A stretch of 64,000 nt of DNA from Octopus vulgaris (Eukaryota). Both the position numbers and the translations under genes were made by a program. The notes beneath the pieces are model-generated. The model had not been told where the DNA came from. It saw only the letters and a program-made list of their open reading frames with translations, and searched no databases. Of this stretch, positions 55,244-64,000 are shown piece after piece. The stretch lies in assembly GCA_951406725.2 (NCBI GenBank), contig OX597822.1:20832001-20896000 (forward strand), read 5' to 3'. Each line of letters begins with the position of its first letter. Within the stretch, counting starts at the first letter, position 1.

Positions 55244-55755
55244 CCATAAATCTTTGAGTATAGTCTGCCCTTGAGTATAATACGCAGGGGATTTTTAGGG
55301 GGCTGTGCCTCTGAAAAACCTAAACCTTGTGTAAAATACACACCCCTTCTCTAACTTAAGTTAAGGAGGTTTATATAACGTCCTTGGTTTGTAAAACTGT
55401 ATTCGGTAACGTCCTTTATTATTATTGTATATATGACATAATGCAAACATGTAGCTTTTTTGTGCATTTTGTTTGCAGAAAATAAAGAAATAACAGTAAT
55501 AACATTTAACAAATGTTGCTTACTGCAAGTTATGGATGATTCTTTTATGACTTCATTGCTTTCAGGCTTAGCTTAAGGTATTTTTGTGCCCGACATCAGA
55601 AAATGCATCTGAATTAATATTGCCAGACAGCAAATAGAGACTCGGACATTGCTTAGAAAATATTTTTCATTTTTAACCTCGTATACAGTATGCGCTAGAG
55701 ATTCTGACCTATAAATTTTGGGGGAAAAATGCAGATTATACTCAAGAATTTACGG
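55244..55755. mobile_element. pogo/Tc2-like MITE (~512 bp)
   Basis: TA-flanked TIRs CCATAAATCTTTGAGTATAGTCTGC / GCAGATTATACTCAAGAATTTACGG; subterminal GAGTATAATACGCA-type repeats; no ORF. Confidence 0.82.
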
Positions 55756-58700
55756 TAATTAAAAGTTCTTCATTTATTCCATCAAATATATGAGCACCTA
55801 CTTTATTAATTGAAAATAAGTGTTCAAATACTCATTGTCAACAAGGATCCAAAAATAAACAAATAAATTAGTGAAAGCTTGTTAATATAGCAGTTAAATT
55901 TTCCTCAAAATCACTTTCTAATGCAATAGGGGCCAAGATTACATCTTAAACCTTTTGGCAAACAGTTCAAAATAGAGAAGACATACATGAACACAGAACA
56001 TATCTATCTAAGCTTAAACCTAAGTGATCATCAAGTATTCTCTTGTCTGCTTCTGTTCCAGTCTCCTTAGTTATACACTACTAAAATCCAAGATGCATAT
56101 TTTTTAAAATTCAAATAGATTATTCCTTTCTAACATTGGCACAATGTCATACAATTGTTGAGAGAAATATATATTATAGATGACTATGTTGGTATATATC
56201 TTATTAATCTTGAAGAAAATAAATGTAAAGTTAAACCTAGCAGGATTTGAATTGAAAACACAAAGGGCTGTAACCAGAAGCAAACAAAATATTTCAGTAA
56301 TAAAAGAAAAACTATGAAGATGGATATGTAGAAACCAATATCTTAAACTGGGAATATAGAAAATTCTTAAATATCCATGCATTTCAGAAGGGTATTAGTT
56401 ACATTCTGAGTAGCAAAACAACTCCAAGTTGTGAAAAAGTTATTACAGGCTCATTGTGTACAAAAATTTAATCTCCCAGTCTGTGTTATTTACTGCTTTT
56501 GCCATAGAATAATATTGAATTTTACTTTTAGAGAAGGAATATATATTTATTAAGAAGGAATATATATTTATTAAGAAGGAATATAGTTAATTTAATCTAT
56601 ATCTTGTATTACTGGAACTTATTGTATCAACCTTAGAGGTGAAAAGACAAAATTGATTCTAGAAAGATTTGGATTTAGGATGTAACCAAATACTGCAAGA
56701 TATTCCGTCTGGTAGTCTACTATTCTGTTATCCACTGCCTTCTTGATATATTACCATCATCATTATCATCATCATCATTTAACATCTGTTTTCCTTATTG
56801 GCATGGTTTGGATGATTTTACAGCAGTTGGTAAGCTAAAGGACTGTAGCAAACTCTACTAGGTTGAGAGGATTGCATAGAATGGGGTGTGAGAAGTTTTA
56901 AGGATGATTTCTGTATGACTGATTAAAGGTGATAGATTTGTAGTGAAAGAGGAAAATCAATGGAATAAATATCAGTATGTAACTGATATTTATTCATCAC
57001 AGACAACTTGGAGCACAAAATGTAGAGAAACAATATTACATTTTCTTACTCATGTTACATTTGTCAAATACTATATTTTACCATTTCACCACTTCACAAC
57101 CTTCTTAAAGAACAACAAGAACATAAATAGTGAAGTTCAATTCTGATGTAATAACCTTCAAACCATATATTGATTACATGAATTTGTATGTTATAGTATT
57201 TGGTGTGATTTGGCAGTGAGAAGAGAGAAGCAGATCTGTAGAAAACATTTTTGACTTTTAATTTCTCTATACCAACAATAAAATAGACGTTTTCTAAGTT
57301 TGTTGGTAGAATAATTGAGCTTATAGGTAGTGTGTAGTTTGCAGGTAGAGGTTAAAATAGGATAATATTCAGATACAGAATATATAGGTGTTGATTTACA
57401 AGATTAATCAAGAGAAATTTACATAAATATTTGGAAATGTATATACATATTTTCTTACAGTTTTACAAACTCAGTTGAATAATGTGCTGTGGAAATGTAT
57501 CTGTTTGTTTTCTTACTTTACAAAATCAATTTTGAATAATGTGTTGTAGAAAGTGTTATAGAAAAATGTATGAACATATGTTTGTGCTTGTAATGTTTGT
57601 AAAGTCAAAATGTTAATGAGCAGAAAATTGACAGCAGTAAAGTTAGACATAGATAACATGTTTTAAAGCAGGTAGTAATAGACATTTGCCAAAAGATTCC
57701 TCGTACAGTTTAACATGTATCACGTTCTAAAGCAGCTGAAAAGAATCAGTTCAATTCTTTGTTATTGATTCTTGGTATCTGCATGAGAAGAGGTTGGAAA
57801 GATCAGCTGCTAAACTTCTCTTATGTCAAATGATTTCAGCCAAAAGCCAGTTGCATGTTCGCTTTAAGTAGCCACATACACACACACACACAAAAAAAAA
57901 AAGCATGCAGATTACTAATCTCTGATTGGCTGAATTAGCACATGTGACAAACCAGTGACATTAGTGTCAGCAGTTGAATAAAGTCACTATAGATATCATA
58001 TATTTGTTTTATTGATGTAACTGTTCTGTTAGTCTTTCTTACTCCAATATATCATCACCTTCAATTTGTCTATTTTGAATGTAATTGATAAAGTTGGTAA
58101 TTTACAGAGCAGTAACACTGAAGATTTTACAATTTTCTCAATATATATCAGCCGTCACTTTAATGACTGTCTAAAATATTTGTATAATCTTGTGTGTATG
58201 AGAGTGAGTGAATACGTGAGCAAAATTAATTAATTTAAAAAATGGCTAAGGGTTAAAATATATGTGAGAAATATATATTATGAGGTAAAATTTGATGTTG
58301 ATATATATACATATAGGTGCAGGAGTGGCTGTGTGATAAGTAGCTTGTTTACCAACCACATGGTTTCAGGTGCAGTCTCACTCCTTGCAAAAATGTCCTT
58401 TAATATAGCCTCGGGTTGATCAAATCCTTGTGAGTGGATGTGGTAGATGGAAACTGAAAGAAGCCCATTGTATATATGTGTGTGTGTGTGTGTATGTTGT
58501 GTGTCTGTGTTTGACCACCCATTATAGCTTGACAACTGATGGTGGAGTGTTTACGTCCCCATAAGTCCTGGGGTCGATTTGCTTGACTAAAAGCTGTGCA
58601 TCAGCATGGCCACAGTAAAATGACTGAAACAAATAAAAGAATCAAAGAATGCAAACATGTATTTTGTACATATATACGTCTGTATGGATGTATTTATAAA

Positions 58701-59344
58701 AATATACACACATATATCTCTCTTTTTCTCTCCCTCCATATGTATATATATATACATATATATATACAGAGAGAGAGACAGAGACAGAGATAAGAACAGA
58801 TATACAAATAAAACATGCATAAACAGAAATAAATGTACAAGATAGATATTGCATCTCAACACTAGCAACAAAATACACACACTAACATATGTATAAAAGA
58901 TGATTGAACGAATAGATATTAAAAAAAAAAAGAGATAAACATCCATAAAATAAATGTTGCAAGTTGAGGTTAACAACTAAATAGATAATTAGTTCATTCA
59001 CCTATTTCAAGTCTCTTTTCTAACCTTACTGAATGATGTTCTTACTTACATCAACAGATAATGTTCTAGTTTATCTGAGTTGGTCAACATCACACCATTT
59101 TCAATAAGAGTGCCTGATGACATTTATGCTGCTTTGATATTTGTATCCTATGTGAAATAAATCACATTAGAATAAAGGTGAGTCCTGTGTTAAAATTTGT
59201 TGAGATAATTAAAAACAAATGTTTTTACAAAATTATTAAATTAAGTTAATAATGGTCTTTGACTTTTCAAAGAGAATCTCAATCAAATATGTCAGTATCT
59301 AAAACAATCAGAAATAGAGGGGGAAAAAAATTCACACACACACT

Positions 59345-59381
<37 letters not shown>

Positions 59382-59386
59382 ACACA

Positions 59387-59424
<38 letters not shown>

Positions 59425-60905
59425 CGCATATATATATATATACATATACATAAACATATACATACATACATATATATATACTTTGAAATTGTATGGATTA
59501 TACCGTACTAAATTCTGGGGCCTCAACGTAAGTACGATACTCATCTGAATCTAAATTTTTGCTGAACTTATCTACCATATATATATATATATATTTGTAT
59601 TTATATTTAAAATAGTGCCAAAGCAGATATTTCTCAGATGTAATAATTTCACTTTGAACTCTTGATTTTTGCATTGTAATAATATATTGGAGTTAACAAT
59701 ATGTTACTACTTGCACTTTTAAGTTCAGTGGTTATATTTTTATAATGCTTAAACAATAATTTACAATATATATATATAATCAAGATTCAGTTGATTTAGG
59801 TAGTTAAATTCAGGCACCTTGCTAGTTCTGTATAATCTGCACACCCACTCTTGGTAATTCAAACATGTACTTTTTATAAAGGTACTTTCCATAGTATTTC
59901 TGAAGTGCAGATTCCAAGTTAGGTGAACAGAATATAAATAAGTAACAAAGGTGTGAATTCATTATGGCCATTTCAAGTGGCTCCATTTAATTATGTGGAT
60001 AAAGCAAGATATATGGTTCCAGTATGTTTGGAGTCTAGTAGATTGACTTTAATTGATTTGTCACCATTAACTAGAATACAGTTGACAATACCCAATGGGT
60101 TTAATTCTGAATGATTGAAGACTACACACTACATAAAGTCTTCTAAATATAAGTAACTACATTACCACCCTTTTTATCTTGACCCTCGCTATTCCTTCTG
60201 CTACACTCTAAATTATAGTAGGCTTATCAAGGTATGCATTATTTTCTAAACTCAATTTGCCACAGATATAAAAAAATGGAAACAATGAAAATATTTTGGT
60301 TTCCATTATTGATGTAAAAGAAATGTTTAAAAGCCTATATTTTCATCCGAAGAATATGGTTTCTTTCAAATTCATGTAATTTTTTCATTAATCAATTAAA
60401 TGTAGCTGTTTGAAATGGTGTTTATACATCCATGTCTGTTAACGGTTGATCTTAATACTTTTCTCACTGGATTGTGTGTTCGTTTCTCTTTTTGCCATCT
60501 GTGATTTTATTTTTGATCTTCTCTATAAATGAAGATATTTCCTCCGTCTGGCTGTTTTTCTTTCTACAAAGCACAAAGTTACATTGTGGAACAGTCATTT
60601 TAACGAGTTTTATTTATTTTATTTTATTTATTTATTTATCACCCAATGAGATACATCTGCATCACCAGATGCTCCTGAACCAGTTGTTGATAGTCCCACC
60701 CAAGAGGAATCAATGCTAGATGTATTGAAACAATTGCTGTAATTAAGAATAAATTCTCGTATATTCCATCTTCTGTCTTTCATTTGCTATATATATATTC
60801 ACTAGGCGAATTCTCATCAGTAACCAGCCTTAACAACTAACTTATAATTCAGAGACAAATAACATGTGTCTCATCCTTATATGTTATAATTTTTCAGAAT
60901 TCAGC

Positions 60906-60962
<57 letters not shown>

Positions 60963-61349
60963 CTCATATATCTGGGACTTACAGACAGGATGACAGGGAA
61001 TTGAGATTCCTGGTGCTTTGCTGTTTGAAAAGACATGCCAAACTAAGTAAAGTTATGGTTGCTCTTGCATACAGGCTCGTCCCTTGCAACCGTCTCCAGC
61101 TGAGCATCCCTAGTCTTGTGGGTTCATAATTGCTGGTGTCATGTAAAAAGCACCCATACCAGTGTTGTATAAAAGCATCCAGTACAATCTGTAAAGTGGT
61201 TGGTGCTAGGAAGGGCATACAGTTGTAGAAACCATGCCAAAACAGACAACCGGAGCCTGAACAGCCCTTCAGCTGGTCAGCCTCTGTCTAACCCATGCCA
61301 GCATGGAAAACGGACGTTAAATGATGATGATGATGATGACACACACACA

Positions 61350-63090
61350 CATAAGAGCATCAAGCAATGAACAAAAATATAAAACCATTGATGAAAAAAT
61401 ACATATCAAACTCATTAAACATTCTGATGGACATCTTTTAGAAAGTGTTCTCAAACTATGGAAAGAAACTTGTGAATCTGAAGAAATAAATTCCTTCCAA
61501 TATTTGGAAAAAGCATGTTAGCTTTTTTTCTGTAATTCTGAAAACCAGTTCAAAACAGAATACAGTTCCAGTAACCATTTTTTGAAGAAACTGAGAATGA
61601 AAACCTACACAGAAGTGACTAAACAATCAAATAAACCAAATTATAGACATTTAAAAGAACACAACTACACAAAACCAACCTCACGCTTGGAAGTATATCA
61701 CTCTCAACGCAGGAATCACTCCAGAGTTAGAAATGTAAATTTTTCTCCAGCAATGATAAACACTCAAGGGAATATGTTTAATTCTCATTGAAGCATCTTG
61801 AAGCATGTAAATACACCTAATATGCTTAGGACAGTAAAGCCAGTCTTCTAGCAATTCAAATATAATTAGTAACGCTAACAATCCACATGAAGGTAATTTT
61901 AACAGACGTCTTTTAGACCCACCCTGTCCAGTGAAACAGGGACACATTTTCGAAGAAGACATACAGGAAAAACCCAAGATAATAAGCTTATCCAAGAAAA
62001 CTTTTTCAACAACAAAAATCAACATACTAGCAAAATTTTCTTCAAACCCATACAGATCTAATCAGAAAAAAAATCAAAGACAATATTACAGAATTTTACA
62101 GAAAATTTCGACTTACAGAAACACTTCTTAACTATAATAACAATGATGATTCACTTGTTAAAAACAAAAGCAATTATCTTCCACTTAAAGTTAGAAATAA
62201 AACACTTGACTTTTGTGACCACATTCTGAATTTCTCTCATAATGCTTTACACAAATAAAAAAAATTAACTCAAACCTCAGCACTACTGAATGGAAGAACT
62301 TAATTGAATTGCAAAATGATAAAAGATTGACAATTAAAGAAGCTGATAAAGGAAGTTTGGAGGTACTGTCTATGCTAGAAAAAAAAATTCCAACTACAAA
62401 ACCTTTGAAAACAATAAACGAAAAATAATGAAAAATCTTTCATTTTTTCTTCCCCTACATGCAAAAGGTCTGGTAGACAATGAAATCAGCTCTGTTACAA
62501 ATTTTGATAATTAATGAACCCTGCAAAGAATCACCAGGCATATACATTAATGTCCAATCACCATTAGATTTAAAACTAAGACCCATTATAACAAGCCCAT
62601 CATGTGAAACCCACTTCTTAAGCAAATTTCTTGACATTCTACTGAAGCTTCTTCTGAAATACATCAATATCTTCAATAAAGATGATCTGGATATGCTAAA
62701 CCACCTCCCAAAAATCAATCAATGAAGAGACAGTCATGGTATTCTTTAAGGCCGTGAACCTATATACTAATATCTCACATGACTATTGAATTGAAGCAAT
62801 CAAATTTCGATTGGTAAACTATCCGGAACTATCAGGGTACATCAACAAGGAATTTATATTTGTAGCTTTAAAATTTATCCTCTAGAACAAATACTTCTTA
62901 TTTGATACCAATTATTTACTCACAAAAATCTCAATGGGAACAAATGCAGCCTCAGTTCTTGCAAATCTAGTAACAGGATATTTAGAAATGATTATATATT
63001 AAGTATCACTACAAAAATATGAATACTCATTTTACAAATATATAAGAGAGAGCTGGAAAAGACATCTGGATGATTGCTTTATACATTTTA
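61350..63090 (+). mobile_element. Decayed Penelope-like element (N-terminal region + RT)
   Basis: IKEADKG..LKLRPIITSPSCETHFLSKFLDILLK..VNLYTNISHD..SMGTNAASVLANLVTGYLE..WKRHLDDCFI; truncated after the DD motif. Confidence 0.88.
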
Positions 63091-63605
63091 ATTCTTTATA
63101 CCTTGTAATTCTTTATATTATATTGATTAAAAGTGTTTTGAAATGGCTAACACAAGCAATGAGAGCACGTTGTCCATTTCTTCAATGTATATCGGCCTTC
63201 ACGTTTTTGATTTTCTAAAGATGTATAAATAAGAAAAAGTCTCTTTTTGACCAATTTCTCATTTATTGACAAGTAAATCTTTGTAATTATGCAAACAATC
63301 AAATTTATTTATAAATCCATACAATATAACATCCACTTGTATGTTGTGTTCCCAGACACTTTAATCTAAAACTATTCAATTCACCATCAAAATCAGGGTT
63401 ATTAACTCCCTGCTTTTATTAACAACCATTGATTATCTCCCCTGAAATCTATTTGCCTTCTGATTCAGTTACAAAATATACTTCCTTCTATTAACATGGT
63501 ACGAAAACTTCTTATAATAGCATGAAATTATAACAATATCACTAAATTGTCAGTCATGATTAGCCACAAGCAAAACTGATAAAATATGAAATATTTTATT
63601 TCATA

Positions 63606-63663
<58 letters not shown>

Positions 63664-63790
63664 TTCAGCAAAAATTTAGATACAAATGAATATGGTACTT
63701 AATTTAGATGCACCAGAATTCTGTATGGTGTTATCCATAAAAATCCGTGGGGTGATTATAATCAAAATAAGCAACAAGAATGACTCCGGT

Positions 63791-63881
63791 AATTTGGTAC
63801 GATCGTTTCGTACTACATCAGTTTATTAAATGTTGTAAGTATTACAACAGTTTTAAAATACTGAGCACTCATCAGCCAATT
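63791..63881 (-). ncRNA. Type I hammerhead ribozyme with canonical core, in a probable Penelope-type terminal repeat (63660-64000)
   Basis: Minus strand: UUGG-CUGAUGA-GUGCU..long stem II..AGUAC-GAA-ACGAUCGU-A-CCAA. Stem I UUGG/CCAA, palindromic stem III ACGAUCGU, predicted cleavage after GUA (between 63798 and 63797). Confidence 0.8.
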
Positions 63882-64000
63882 ATAGAGGTTTTCTATTAAT
63901 ACAAAAATTGTCATATCAAGTGGCAACATTATAGAGAAGGTAGATACATAGACAAAGATGTGGTTATAAATTTTAAGAACATTTGAGGTAGTGGAGTCCA

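Overview
This is AT-rich, microsatellite-dense eukaryotic DNA. Its SINE/LINE families look like those of an octopus (coleoid cephalopod); the host call is inferred from the repeats only. I found no convincing intact host protein-coding exon, rRNA, tRNA or CRISPR array, and nearly all track ORFs are microsatellite or TE artefacts. Recognisable TE debris includes two mariners, a pogo/Tc2-like MITE, two Helitron-like elements, Gypsy integrase remnants plus an LTR, RTE, CR1, HERO-type and Penelope-like LINE fragments, three or four SINE families, and several hammerhead-ribozyme motifs, one with a fully canonical core (63791-63881, minus). The main surprise lies in the unique-looking DNA between the repeats. 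Translated on the minus strand, many short stop- and frameshift-riddled pieces from about 51.0 kb down to about 10.0 kb match, in the correct order, an orthobunyavirus-like (Peribunyaviridae-like) L polymerase. The series runs from a segment-terminus-like 12-mer and start codon through the endonuclease and RdRp motifs to the C-terminus. A second partial L copy is nested at about 20-25.5 kb, and a third may lie at about 1.6-2 kb. I read this as an old, TE-shattered cluster of non-retroviral endogenous viral elements. All viral comparisons are by eye against the La Crosse virus (LACV) L sequence as I recall it, not a database search, so a frameshift-aware profile search is needed to confirm them.
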